The position numbers and the translations under genes are program-made. From assembly GCF_020745735.1 (NCBI RefSeq), contig NC_083410.1, forward strand, positions 4,438,117 through 4,502,116: a stretch of 64,000 nucleotides of DNA. The letters run 5' to 3'. Of the stretch, positions 1 through 12,912 are shown piece by piece. The stretch comes from Hemiscyllium ocellatum (taxonomy: Eukaryota). The notes under the pieces were generated by a model. It searched no databases and had not been told where the DNA came from. It saw only the letters and a list, made by a program, of their open reading frames with translations. Numbering within the stretch: the first letter of the stretch is position 1; every line of letters begins with the position of its first letter.

Positions 1-87
1 GCTTATGCCTGAAACATTGACTCTCCTGCTCCTTGGATGCTACCTGACCTGCTGTGTTTCACATTTTTGACTTTTGATATCTAAGTA

Positions 88-426
88 CAGGTACGCAATC
101 CATTATCCGTACCTTCAGGACCAGCTAGTTTTCGGATTTCGGATTTTTTTTTAAATTTTGGAATAAGTGACAGTTTCACTCTGAAATAAAAAAAACTGAA
201 CAGCAGACACACCTGGATACTACAAGCGCTGAGACAGAATTGACACCTGCCAGTGCTGGGCCACTTCACCATGTCACATTTGAGTGATGTGGGACAAGTG
301 GGTGTGGAGTTGGGTTAACTGTTGGCACATCAAACAAACTTGTTATGGAGAAAAAAATTTCACAAAAGACTTTGGATTTTGGAGCTTTTCGGATTTCAGA
401 ATTTCAGATAAAGCATCGTCCATCTG
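88..426. mobile_element. Tc1/pogo (Tigger-like) non-autonomous DNA element inserted in the 3' LTR
   Basis: Flanked by TA on both sides (86-87, 427-428). Imperfect terminal inverted repeats CAGGTACGCAATCCATTATCCG / CAGATGGACGATGCTTTATCTG. LTR similarity resumes on either side. Confidence 0.6.
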
Positions 427-2989
427 TATCAGGTTCAAACTGTTTGGCTAAACTCAGAAGACTGTTGTCTGAATAAAAACTGCTGCTTGGTCTGCTAATT
501 GTATGGGCTTTCAATACAAATGTTTAAATGTGGGTTCTCTGTGCACTTGCAAACGTTCAAGCTGTCGTTCACAGACATCCATTGTAAATCTCTAAACACA
601 GAAAAACACGATCTTTTAAAGGGACCATGCGTTGCTTCCTCTCCCACCTAGCACTTTACAAACACCAAATACTAATCTTCTGCCTCCCAATCTACAAGTA
701 TTCTACCCAACTTTGTAACACCCTGCCCCTGAAGAAAAAAATAAACCATCATAATAAAATATGTCTTCATCATTTTTCTTCTTTTTAATCTATTATATTA
801 TTGGATCCATAGCTTATTAATCTAGAATTACACATGTTATACTAATTCTGTTTGTACAAAGTATTGAATACTACCATTTCTGCCAAATATAAGCATTTTT
901 CTTTAAAACTCATGATAAAGTGTCTGTGATAATATTTTCACAATATGTACAATCTGTAAATTAAATATTTGTAGCATGAGACGCTAACAAAGTCATCTTT
1001 CCAGAAATGTCAAAAGGCTGCGATCAGTATCCGCAATTACATCGGATACACTGTTTGCAAAGTAAACATTAAAATATTGTGAGGCCAATATCAAACTTTA
1101 TAACTCCTTTTCAATGGTGAATGTTGTTTTTCTGGTGGATATGAGTTTTTTCGAAAAATAACTAATTGGCCTTGCTATTTCACAATCATCCTCCTGTAAG
1201 AACACAGCTTCAGCACCAACATCGCTTGTGTCGATGGTGACTTTGGAGGGTTTTTAAACATTTGCTGTGGCTAAAACTGGTGCCATGGTTAATAGTGCTT
1301 TTAAATTCTCAAACACCTCCAGGCATTGTTCTGTCCACTGCAATTTCAGGTTCTTTTTTTAACAAATCTGCCAATGGTGCCACTATGCTATTAAAGTTTG
1401 TACAAATTTCAATCACAAAAATTGGAGCACTTCGTTCTGTGAAGACAGCATTGAAAATTCCTCAATGGCCTTCATCTTCACAGTTCTTGACGTCATCCAT
1501 CCATGACCAAGTTTGTGAACTGAAAATGCCTGTTTTCATCAAGTTTATGACAAGTTTTGCCTGTTGTAGTCTCTGAAAGATCTCTGCCAAATGCTCCGTG
1601 ATCTTTTCACGCATGGCTAAAGAGTCCTACGTCATCCATGTAGATGGCACAATTCATCAATCCTGCAGCAGCTCTGTTCATCAGTCTTTGAAAAGTGATT
1701 GGTGCATGTTTCATTCCACATGGCATCAATTTAAACTGAAATAGCCCATTTAGGGTTATAAAAGCAGAAACCTTTTTTCCTCTCTCCAATAAAAGTACTT
1801 GCCAATAACTGCGAAATAAGTCGAACTTTGTGATGTAAGTGGCTTGTCCTACTTTACCAACACAATCCGCCAGCCTCGGAATTGAATATGAGTTCGATTT
1901 GTCACAGTGTTGACGTTCCAATAATCCATGCAGATTCTTTAAGTACAACCACGTTTGAGAACTAACATAACTTGTGAACTCCACTCATTTTGACGCACCT
2001 CTGTGATGTCTTCTTAGAGCATTGTTTCCACTTCTTTCTGAACCTGCACTGCTTTGAGAGGATTAAGCCTGTTGTGGTGTTGTTCTATTGGAATAGCATT
2101 CCCAAATCAATCTCATGTACTACAGCATTAGTGCACTCCATTTTCTTTCTGCATAGGTCCTCAAGTCTTGCAATTCAGTTCTCTGTTCCTGGGGCAGATA
2201 GATCACTACCCTATCCCATTTCTTAAGGACTTCCTCATTATTCAAGTTATTCTGAGGCACATCAAAATCAAAATCATCTGGATTTTATTCCTCACTCTGA
2301 GTGGCAGTAACAAATACCTGTTTCTCCGGTTCCCTCTCTCTGTCATAGAAGTATTTCAGCACAATCACATGACATACCTGATAAATATTTTATCAGATTA
2401 TTCACCTGACTGAAATTCTGAATCTTATAAGGAATGCTAAACCTTGCTCTGAAGGGATCTCCTACTATTGGTAACAACATCAATTCTTTATGCCCACAGA
2501 TAAATGCATAAGTTTTAGATTTATTATCTGCTCCTTGATTCATTATGTGCTGTGACACCTTCAAATGTTATCTAGTTAATTCACCTGCACAATTAAATCT
2601 TTCTCTCACTTCTGATATAATATCAAACCATAAAATCTCTAACTTCAGATTGATCAACTTTTCCTAAATTAATTTTAAAGGCCCTCTTACTTTATGTCCA
2701 AATATCAATTCAAATGGAGCAAACTGATTCAATTTATTTGGAGCATCTCCAACAGCAAATAGTATGAATGGGATACCTTTATCCTGATCATTTGGGTAAT
2801 CTTGGAAATAAACCCTCAACATTGGCTTTAGGGTCTGATGTCACCTTTCCAATGCTCCCTGGGATTCAGGATGGTACACACTTGATGGAAAGGGCTTGAT
2901 AGCTAAACTATCTGTAACTTCATAAATAATTTGGCACTAAAGTTGAACACTTGGTCTAACTGCATCTCCCTGCATTGTCCACATTTGGG

Positions 2990-3915
2990 AAGGAGAGCAA
3001 GCAACTCCTTCACAACACTTTTTGCAATAATACCCCTGCCAGTGATAAGCCAAACACCATGCGCTTTCTTAACAACCCTATCGACTTGGGTGGCAACTTT
3101 GAGGGATCTTTGGACATGGACTCCAAGATCCCTCTGCTTTTCCACAATGCCAAGAATCCTGCCTTTAACCCAGTATTCTGCAATCAAATTCAACATTCCC
3201 AGGTGAATCACTTCACGCTTTTTCAGATGCTAAGTCCATCTGCCACTTATCAGCTCAGTTCTACATCTTGTCAATGTCCCATTGCAACCGACAACAGCCC
3301 TCCACACTATCCATCACTCTACCAATCTTCGTGTCATCAGCAAACTTACTAATCCACCCCGTCACCTCCTCATCCAAGTCGCTTATAAAAATCACAAAGA
3401 GCAGAGGCCCCTGAATAGATCCCTGCAGAACAACACTGGCCACCAAGCTACAGGCTGAATACTATCCATCAATGACCACCCTCTGTCTTCTATGGGCCAG
3501 CCGCCAATTCTGCATCCAGACAGCCAAGTGCTCTGTATTCTATGCTTCCTCACTTTCTGAATGAGCCAACCATGGGGAACCTTATCAAACGCCTTTCTAA
3601 AGTCCACATATACCACATCTATCACTTTACCTTCATTAATGTTTTTTCTCACATCCTCAAAGAATTCAAGGCTTGTGAAGGATGGCGTGCCTTTCACAAA
3701 ACCACGCAGACTATCTCTAATCAAACTATGGTTTTCCAAGTAATCATAAATCCTGTATCTCAGAATCCTCTCCAATAATTTGCCCACCACAGATAAAGAA
3801 CTGACTGGCTTGTAATTCCCAGCATTATCCCTATTCCCTTTGGTGAACAGAGGAATAATTTTTGCCATCTTCCAACCATTTGGTACTACTCCAGTGGAGA
3901 GTGAGGACACAAAGA
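2990..3915 (-). mobile_element. CR1 LINE RT fragment
   Basis: ORF-track peptides NYKPVSSLSVVGKLLE, DVVYVDFRKAFDKVPH, QGSIQGPLLFVIFI, KFADDTK. Confidence 0.9.
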
Positions 3916-4262
3916 TCCTCAGAGCTGAAAATGTGTTGCTGGAAAAGTGCAGCAGGTCAGGCAGCATCCAAGGAACAGGAAATTCGACGTTTCGGGCATA
4001 AGCCCTTCATCAGGAATGAGGAAAGTGTGTCCCGCAGGCTAAGATAAAAGGTAGGGAGGAGGGACTTGGGGGAGGGGCGATGGAGATGTGATAGGTGGAA
4101 GGGGGTCAAGGTGAGGGTGATAGGCCGGAGTGGGGTGGGGGCGGAGAGGTCAGGAAGAAGATTGCAGTTTAGGAAGGCGGTGCTGAGTTTGAGGGATTCG
4201 ACTGAGACAAGGTGGGGAGAGGGGAAATGATGAATTTGGAGAAATCGGAGTTCATCCTTTGT
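3915..4262 (-). mobile_element. Young Penelope-like element 3' end / pseudo-LTR
   Basis: Same terminal sequence as the PLE at 12913-15699; contains an intact hammerhead core. Confidence 0.75.
3982..4017 (-). ncRNA. Minimal type I hammerhead ribozyme motif
   Basis: Minus strand ATTC-CTGATGA-A-GGGC-TTAT-GCCC-GAAAC-GTC-GAAT: intact core, stem II GGGC/GCCC, stem I ATTC/GAAT, GUC cleavage triplet. Confidence 0.8.
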
Positions 4263-4792
4263 TCATCCGATTTCTCCAGTTTCCTCATTATCCAGCCAGT
4301 AACTAAGCTGTGCATTTTCCTGCATTTTCTCGACGTCTCTTAAGATTTCATTCACTGCCTTAATGAATCCTATTGGATTAGCCCCTTTTACCACAGCCTT
4401 TTCCCCAGTGCCTTTCTTAAATCCCCAGCTCTGTGACTTTGTGTGACCCATCTCATTGCAGTGAAAACACTTGAGGTCTTTCACCTCTCTTCCACCCTCT
4501 TGGATTTCTTTTCCACCATCTTGGATCTGCCATCCCTGCAGCTCTTCTTGCTGTTTGAATGTTCAGTTCCTCAACATGAGTTCTTACCGCTTCTGGAAGT
4601 GAGTTTTAAACACATCCAGCAGAATAATCTCTCTAAGAGCCTCAGATGTCTTTGCTATATTTAATGCTCTCATCCATCTATCAAAGTTGTTCTGTTTAAT
4701 TCTTTCAAACTCAATATAGAGTCATAGAGGTGAACAGCATGGAAGCAGACCCTTCGGTCCAACTCATCCATGCCAACCAGGTATTGAATTGA

Positions 4793-5035
4793 ATTTATTG
4801 TTACAACAAGTACATGCGAATGTTAAGAGTTTGTGAGTCCATTCAGCATTCTAACAACAGTAGTGTAGAAACTGTTTTGAAACCGGCTGGTGCATGTGTT
4901 CAGGCTTCTGTACCTTCTCCCCGAAGGTAGAGGTTGTAGAAAACCATTGCCAGGGTGGGATGGATCTTTGAGAATGCTGGCGACCTTTCCCTGACAACGG
5001 GCCTGGTAGATGGATTCTATAGATGGGCATCCATT
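4793..5035 (-). mobile_element. Rex1/Babar-like LINE 3' fragment
   Basis: ILKDPSHPGNGFLQPLPSGRRYRSLNTCTSRFQNSFY peptide followed by a (AATTC)n-type tail. Confidence 0.7.
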
Positions 5036-5989
5036 CAATTCAATTCTTTTTCTGTTTTTCTAAACTTCCTTGGCAAATTTGTGAAGCATCTTCGACCCCC
5101 CAAATACCTCTTTAGTAATACTTAGAACCATTTCCCCACTTTTGATTTAACCAATAACAAGCAACTGAATTTAAACAGATTTTCCACATCTCACTTAAGT
5201 TTTATTTAAAGATCTAGGAGATGAGGCCCCAAGTCTGATTAAATCTGCTGAGACCTTTCATATCCTAAATCTGTCCAATCTGTCCCAGACCATGAGCCCC
5301 CAATCTGTTATAAAGCACAGGTTGACCCCACTCTGAGAACTAAAATCGAAACACCCCAAGTGGAGCACCTTGCCCTATAATCTGTAAAAGGAGGGTGGAA
5401 AGTGATGTTATCTGCCTTTCAGCAACTTCTTGTGGTTAAATAAAATCAATCTGTGACACTCACTTTAAAATCAACAAATAACAATTTATTTATGAAACAC
5501 TAGCAGTGAACAAATTACCTAAACTATTAACAAGCCAAATAAATCCCTTCTAACTACTAATTATTCCTGAATAAAATAAGATGCTAATGAATGATAAATA
5601 TTCATATAATAAAAAATAATATTTAAGTCTCTCGATATTACAGCCAGGTTACGTTTCTTCCGGAATGTTCTGGGTACTCTTCATCAATTCTTCTGTCAGG
5701 AATATTAGTGAGTTAGTACAATTGTTACTTAGATGGTGCTTTCTCTAAGACATAGATGAGGCTGTGAGAGCCAGCAATTCTCTCTCGAGGGCTCAGGGCT
5801 GTTAGCTCTGGCAGATGGCAGCTACTTCTGGGGTCTTTGTCCAGTTGCCCCGTCTTTTATAACTGTGATGGCATCTCAATATTTCTCTCAATAGGATTGG
5901 TCGTATGCTGTCAAAGCCATCACATTTAAATTTAACAGAATTTTTGTACCTAAGCAACTGGTTCAAATTGATTGGCTAAATTAATACAT

Positions 5990-7020
5990 TAAGGACAAAA
6001 GGGTAACTAGGGAGAGAATAGGGCCTTCAAAGATCAGCAAGGCAGACTATATGTGGAGCCATAGGAGATGGGGTAGATACTAAATGAGTATTTTACATCA
6101 GTGGTTACTGTAGAGAAGGACATGGAAGATAGAATGTAGGGAAATAGATGGTGACATCTTGAAAAAATGCCCATATTACAGAGGAGAGGTGCTGGACATC
6201 TTGAAATGTATAAAAGTGGACAAATCCCCAGGACCTGATCCGGTGTACCCTAGAACTCTTTGCGAAGCCAGGGATGTGATTGTAGGGCCCCCTGGTGAGT
6301 TATTTGTATCATCGACAGTTGCAGGTGAGGTCAGGTGCCAGAGGACTGGACGTTGGCTATCGTGGTACCACTATATAAGAAAGGTGGTAAGGAAAAGCCA
6401 GGGAACAAGGAAAAGTCAGTGCATTGAGTACAGGAAGTCATGTTACAACTCTACAGCATGTTGGTTTGGGCACTTTAGGAATATTGCATGCAATTCTGCT
6501 CTCCTTCCTATCAGAAGGATGTTGTGAAACTTGAAAGGGTTCAGAAAATATTTACAAGGATGTTGCCAGGATTGGAAGGTTTGAGCTACAACTCAATAGG
6601 CTGGGGCTGTTTTCCCTGGAGCATCAGAGGCTGAGTGGTGACTTTATACAGGTTTATAAATTCATGAGGGGCATGGATAGGGTAAATAGACAAAATCTTT
6701 TCTCTGGGATGGGAGAATCCAGCGTAAGAGGACATAGTTTTAAGGTGAGAGGGGAAAGATATACAAGGGACCGAAGGGACTAGATTTTCATGCAAAGGGT
6801 GGTGTGTGTATTTAATGAGCTGCCAGAGGAAGAGGTGGAGACTAATACAATTGAACACTTAAAGGCTTCTGGATGGATATATGAATAGGAAGGCTTCAAA
6901 GGGATATGGGCCAAGTGCTGGCAAATGAGGCTAGATTAGGTGAGGATGTCTGGTCGGCATGGATGAGTTGGACCGAAGGGTCTGTTCCTGTGCTGTTCAT
7001 CTGTCTGACTCTATGACTCT
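5990..7020 (+). mobile_element. CR1 LINE fragment inserted in the Gmr1-like 5' LTR
   Basis: KSPGPDPVYPR peptide, CR1 3' coding region and (CTATGACT)-type tail. LTR similarity resumes on both sides. Confidence 0.85.
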
Positions 7021-7294
7021 AAAAGCCTGTTGTCTTGGTAAAAACTACTGCTTGGTCTGCTAATTGTACGGCCTTCTGATACAAAGGTTTCAACTCAGGT
7101 GCTCTGAGCATTTGCAAACATTCAAGCTGCTGCTCACAGACATCCATTTTAAATCTCTAAGCAGAGAAAAAGCACATGATCTTTTAAAAGAACCGTGCAA
7201 TGCTTCCCCCACCCCCCAGCACTTTACAAACACCAAATTCAAACTTCCTGCCTCCTAGTCAAGAAGTAATCTACCCAACTTTGCAACAAAAATG

Positions 7295-7770
7295 TCATAA
7301 ACAGCAGAGAGTTCCACGGATCCCTTTGGAACACCACCAGTCGTGAATGACTCGCATAAAAAAAAACACTCTTCCACCATTAGTTTCTGTCTTTGATGCA
7401 CAAATCAATTCTGAATTCATATAGCACCGTTAGTGTGGGTCCCATGTAACCTCATCTTCTGGATGAGTCATCCATGATGGACCTTGTCAAAAGCCTTACT
7501 AAAATCCAACTAAAACAACATCAACTGCTCTATCCTCAGCGATTATATTTGTCACCTCCTCAAAAAAGTCAATCAAGCTAGTAAGACATGATCTTCCCTT
7601 CACAAAGGCATGCTGACTGTCCCTAATTAGGCTATGTTTTTCTGAATGCGCTTAAATCCTATCCCTCAGAATTATCTCCAATAGTTTCCCAGTCACCGAT
7701 ATGAGACTCTCTGGTCTACAGTTTCCTGCATTATCCCTATTTCCCTTCTTGAACAAAGGAACATCATTTT
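7295..7770 (-). mobile_element. CR1 LINE RT fragment
   Basis: Nucleotide similarity to the other CR1 RT copies (reverse complement of the ..KAFDKVP.. region). Confidence 0.75.
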
Positions 7771-9744
7771 GATATTACTGGGCACTCAGACCCTCCCAGA
7801 CCCTGAGATTACTGGGCACTAAGACAGTGCAGCAGCTCAGCATGGGGGTGGTAGGTGCAGGAGGCAGTGCAGTTTCTCACTGAGATTATTTGGAGCACAC
7901 TGCCCTCTGCTGCTCCCTCTAACATTGTGCAGAACAACAGCAGGGACATTGTGGGAACAGCTTGAATTGCGTGTTCCCTCCAGGCCCCAGACCATCCTGA
8001 TTTGGAATCTCAGCCTTTCCTTCCTCAGCACTGTCTCTGGTTATATGGAATTCCCCAGTTAACAGCCAGCACTGGGTCAATGGAGGCAGGCCTGAGCTTG
8101 ACCAGGATGAGGCAAGTCATGCCTTAAATTGGAGACATTCGTCACATTGTTGGGAAAAATAATGCTTGATAGTTTGATCACTAAAGTTGGAACATCCCCA
8201 GAATGTTGCCTGGGTCTCTGGTTTAATTGTCCCATGATAATCCCACTCAGACATTGCCTGCTCCTCAGCGTGAATGATAATTTTAATCTTGCCAGGTTGT
8301 GCAGTTTGGGTTGGTTTTGTTTTGTCAGTTTTTTCTGAATTGATGCCTCATTCCTCCGAAACAGGAATGTAGGAGCAGGAGTGGACCATTCAGCCCCTCT
8401 AGCCTGCTATCCCATACAGTAAGATAGCAGCTGATTGGATTGTGATATCTATCCACTTTCCTGTCTGACCCTTGACCCCTTGACTCCCTCACCTCCTGAA
8501 ACCTCCAGCAGCCAATGGACAGAGTGGGGTCGTGAAATGACAATCGAGTGTGACAGTGAGGGTCAATGTGGCAGCAGGATATGGGAGTTAGACAGCCATC
8601 TGACTGGAATCTCTCTCCAGATATTCCTGAGGAAATGCTGGCTCTGTCCTGGATCAGCCTGTACCTGTTCACTTCATATCACTAACAGCATCCTGGCTCC
8701 CTCTCGGTCTACTGGATTTGGGAGGTATGTTTCCCTTCCTTTACCTCCAGCATTTTTATGGGTGATGGAGGAACAGGATGGCCAGTGACCATTTCTTCTT
8801 TATCCCATCTTATCCCTGCTAATCCATCTTTGGTCTTTCCATTTCTTACCCCTAATGTCCCTCACCCTCTCCATTTTCCTTCCCTCCATGTACTTCCACC
8901 CTCCCTTCAAGCTTCTCCCTCTCCTATCCTTTCCCCAAACTTCATTTGTCTCTCTGTGCCCCTCACCCTCCCATTATTTCCTGCCCTCTCTGTGGTGGCC
9001 ATTCCCCACACTGCTATCACCATAAAAGTTTTCCACAGAAGGCCTGTCCAGCTATAGCTTTAATGGCTGACCATCCCGTTGGTCTAAATGAATGGGGGAC
9101 AATCTCATTTCAGACTCTCACAATGTATTCCCCTCACCCTGGCCCCTCCCCCTCCCTTCCCCATCCAGCTCCCTCTTCAACGTTGCTTTTCCAGAACTTT
9201 CAATTGGCCTAAAAACCAAGAACCACATGCTGAGTCCGATTGAAGAAGTCTCAAGATCACCTGGGATCAATCCTTGGGATCTGATTGGGGTGCGGGAGAA
9301 AGTGGAACACTGGATTGGGTCAGTACACACATGGCTTCACTGTGAGCCTCAGGAATGTTGGAGCTGGCCGGGGGATTGGGGACTTCAAGGGTCAGTGGTT
9401 CCAGGGTGTGGGGGTGATTAGGGGGTGTTGAGGAATACAGAGGAGGTTCATCATTACAGAGTAACTTCACAATCTGCTGCCTTTGAGCACAGCACAGGCA
9501 CTTGCTCCAGGAGTCCGCGAGTGATGTCTGAAACCAGCTTTTTGTGCCCAAAGCTGTCACAGTCTGGTTAAGGATGAATCAGTGTCCTCCTTACCCAGTG
9601 TGGAAGGCAGTGCACATCCAGACTGAAATGTGCTCACAATGTCTGCCAATCATATTAGGACCTGTCAGAGTTTTCCAGTCTGTGATACTGGGCTAGGTGC
9701 ACTTGCAACTTTCCTTTCTCAACGCTAAGTCTAGGCTCATTAGA

Positions 9745-10046
9745 TAGATTCCCTACAGTGTGGAAACAGGCTCTTCGGCCCAACAATTCCACACCAATCC
9801 CCCAAAGAGTAACCCTCTCAGAACCATTCCCCTGTGACTAATGCACCTAACACTATGGGCAATTTAGAATGGCCAATTCACCTGACCTGCACATCTTTGG
9901 ACTGTGGGAGGAAACCGGAGCACCCGGAGGAAACCTATGCAGACACGTGGAGAATGTGTAAACTCCACACAGACAGTCACCCGAGGTTGGGATCGAACCT
10001 GGGACCCTGGTGCTGTGAGGCAGCAGTGCTAACCACTGAGTCGCCA
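9745..10046 (-). mobile_element. HE1-type V-SINE (older copy)
   Basis: tRNA-like head and V-domain (TGTGTGGAGTTT..TTCTCC..GGGTTTCCTCCGGGTGCTCCGGTTTCCTCCCAC). Confidence 0.85.
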
Positions 10047-11555
10047 TGACGCCCCAAGATTTCAACGGAGCATCACCATGCCTCAAGTGAGGAGACAGTC
10101 TTTCATGATAACCTCAGCTGGTGGGAAATTGAACCCATGCTGTTGGCATCACTTTGCATCACAAACCAGCCATCCTGTCAACTGAGCTAACCAACTTGTG
10201 TAGTAATCGGTTGTACAGGAGGCACCACTAGAAAGTCTGAACAAGAAAAGGTATTTCCAAGGGGTGGGTGCATGCCATTGTCTGATTGGCAGAGACCTGC
10301 TCAACTGAGGAAGATGGGCAGGGGTCAAAATTTCAAGATTTCTAATTTGTACAAGGTCCATGTCAGGTGATTAATCCTCTACCTGTGTTAATATTCTACT
10401 CCAATAACATGGGCTCCTCTCTTGCGCAAACCCCTTTTTTTGTGGTACCCTATTGAATGCTTCTGACAGTCCAAAAACACTACATCTACCAGTTCCCCTT
10501 TAGCATCACTGCTTGTTATACCCTCAAACAACTCAAGTACATTTTTCAAAAATGATTCACCTTTCACAAAATCATGATGAGTCTGTTTGGTGCCATTAAG
10601 ATTTTTGAAACATCCAGCGATTTCTTCCTTAATTATGGACTCTAACATTTTCTCAATCACAGCTGTAGGGGTAAGTATGGCAGATTTCCAATCGCAAAGT
10701 AAAGTAGGGGCTTAGATGAATTTTTATGACAATGCAACAGTTTTAGGATCATTATTTACAAGACTTTATTCCACAAGTCAACCACAATGGGTTTTAGATG
10801 CCCACAGTAAAATCTGATCTGTGCCTCTGGGTGATTAGTACAGAGACATAGTCAGGATGCCAAATTAAAACAAAGAATGCAGATGCTAGAGACCCGACAC
10901 AATAACAGAAAGCGCTGGAGAAACTCAGCAGGTCTGGCAGCATCTATACAGTGAGAAACAAAAGTTTCATATTCAGTGACATTCTTTAGAACTGGATACA
11001 TGGGATGTAGGCTAGCATTTATTGCCTGTCCCTAATTGCCCTTTAAGAAGGTGGTGGGCTTCCTACCTGTTGCCCTTGGGCTGTAGGTTGACTTACAATG
11101 AGATTAGGGAGGGAATTCCAGGATTTTCACCCAGCCACACAGAAAGAACAGTGAGGATGGTGAATGGCATAAAGGGGAGCTTGTAGGTGGTGGTGTTCCC
11201 AAATATCTACTGCCCTTGTCCTTGCAGATGAAAATAGTAATGGAATTGGAGATGATCACATGATCACACTGAACAGCAGCAAAGGCTTGAGGAGCTGAAT
11301 GTCCTTCTCCAGCTACAACTACAACATGGGCACAGCTCGAGGGTAAGAGTTAGGAAACAATGTGTTTTATGGCCCATCCCCTTTCAGTACTCTGGAATGA
11401 AGAGCGTGAAGTTTGTAAAATTAACTCCCTGTAAAAGAGGTACATTTGAAATAATTGGATGTTACAAATGGTTAAGGATGCACAGTAAGTTACAGATGCA
11501 CTGAAATAAAAAGTTCAAAGTTTGTGCGAAGATTTGTAGCTCGGGTGTTTGTTGT

Positions 11556-11736
11556 AGTGGTTCTGTTCGCCGAGCTGGAAGTTTTTGTTGCAAACATTTT
11601 GTCCCCTGGCTAGGAGACATCATCAGTGCTGTGGAGCCTCCTGCAAAGAAGGAGGCTCCACAGCACTGATGATGTCTCCTAGCCAGGGGACAAAACGTTT
11701 GCAACAAAAACTTCCAGCTCGGCGAACAGAACCACT
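11556..11736. repeat. Near-perfect palindrome (87-bp arms, 7-nt spacer) made of Penelope-type pseudo-LTR sequence
   Basis: 11556-11642 is the reverse complement of 11650-11736 with one visible mismatch; spacer GCAAAGA. Each arm holds a degenerate hammerhead core. Confidence 0.9.
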
Positions 11737-12912
11737 CAAATAAAAAGTGGTGAAGATGCTAATTCAAAGGGTCACTGATATTGTTTCCCCAAAGCCAGAC
11801 CAAGAACACCTTTAGCTCCGTGTTCAGTCGGAGGAGAGACTGGTTCAGGGTCACTGAGCGACTTTCCGTTTGACCTTTGTTTTCAAATCTGTCCTTGAGA
11901 GTGTTGATGTTGGTCTAATCAAACCTGCCTCATTGCAGTTTAGTAAATTACACACAGGGTTTGTAGACAGTTTAAAATAAAGTGAATCCAAAGTATTTGT
12001 TATGTGGAAAATAGAGATTCATATCCCATCTGAACACTGATAATTAAGAAAAAATACAATTGTTATTTTCAATGAAAAGCACAAACAAGGGACCAGATGT
12101 TATACAATTACATACATAGGACAATTCATACAGACTCCTTACACAGTGCATTTGCAGAGGTTGTGAAGAACCATTGCGGTGTTAGCCACGTGATCTACAA
12201 CACAAATTCTTTTGAAATTGTTTCTGGTTTTCTCTTTTTTTTATTGCAATGAGCAAGTACTCCCTCTTTGCAATATCTCTCAAAGCTACTCGCAAGCCGG
12301 CTTAAGCAAGCTTTTAACCAACTGAAACTCCTAATTCAAGAAAACCAGCTCTCATCTTCCCTTCAGTTAATCTTCAAATTAATCCAGTGAATTTGAAGGA
12401 CATTTCTGCTGTCCATCAATAGCCGGGCCTGTCCTAAGATCACCCTATGTCACTTGAACCTTTACCTTCTCTTTCTGCAAGGATTGCTAAGAGCATGCAA
12501 AGCACAGCAGGAACAGACCATTCTGCTCATCAAATCTGCTCCTCTCCCTCCAATGCAATGATGTCTGATCTTCTGCCACAACTCTATTTTCTTACCTGAT
12601 CCCAGAGATGGTGGAAAAGTGGTAACATGATTAAATTAACAATCGAGAGGCCCGGTCTCATGTTCTGGGTCACTCGTTCAAACCCCACTGTGCTATGTAG
12701 CACTGTTTACATTCAGTTAATCAAGTCTGGAATTGAAAGTGTCTCAGTGATGGAGATCATGAGAATTGTCACCTACTGTTGTAAGAACCCCTCTGGGATT
12801 CACTGATGCCCTTCAGGGAAGGACATCTGTCATCTTCACCTGCTCCAGTTGACAAGTGACTCCAGAAGCACAGCAACGTGACTGGTTCACACCTGCCCTT
12901 TGTCATGACATG

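Larger units (their letters stand above)
70..7288 (-). mobile_element. Degenerate Gmr1-like Ty3/Gypsy LTR retrotransposon (gag-INT-RT-RNaseH order), with several nested insertions
   Basis: Direct-repeat LTR segments at ~430-720 and ~7020-7288 (continuing ~5452-5985) start TGT on the minus strand; polypurine tract at 721-730. SCAN-like gag FDRWMRALNIAKTSEALREIILLDVFK ~4600-4700; zinc knuckle CFHCNEMGH ~4430-4470; integrase YHPESQGALER*HQTLK ~2640-2890 with GPY/F-like tail ~2330-2470; RT ~1607-2060 (..CAIYMDD); RNase H IDTSDVGAEAVFLQ ~930-1400. Stops and frameshifts throughout. Confidence 0.85.
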
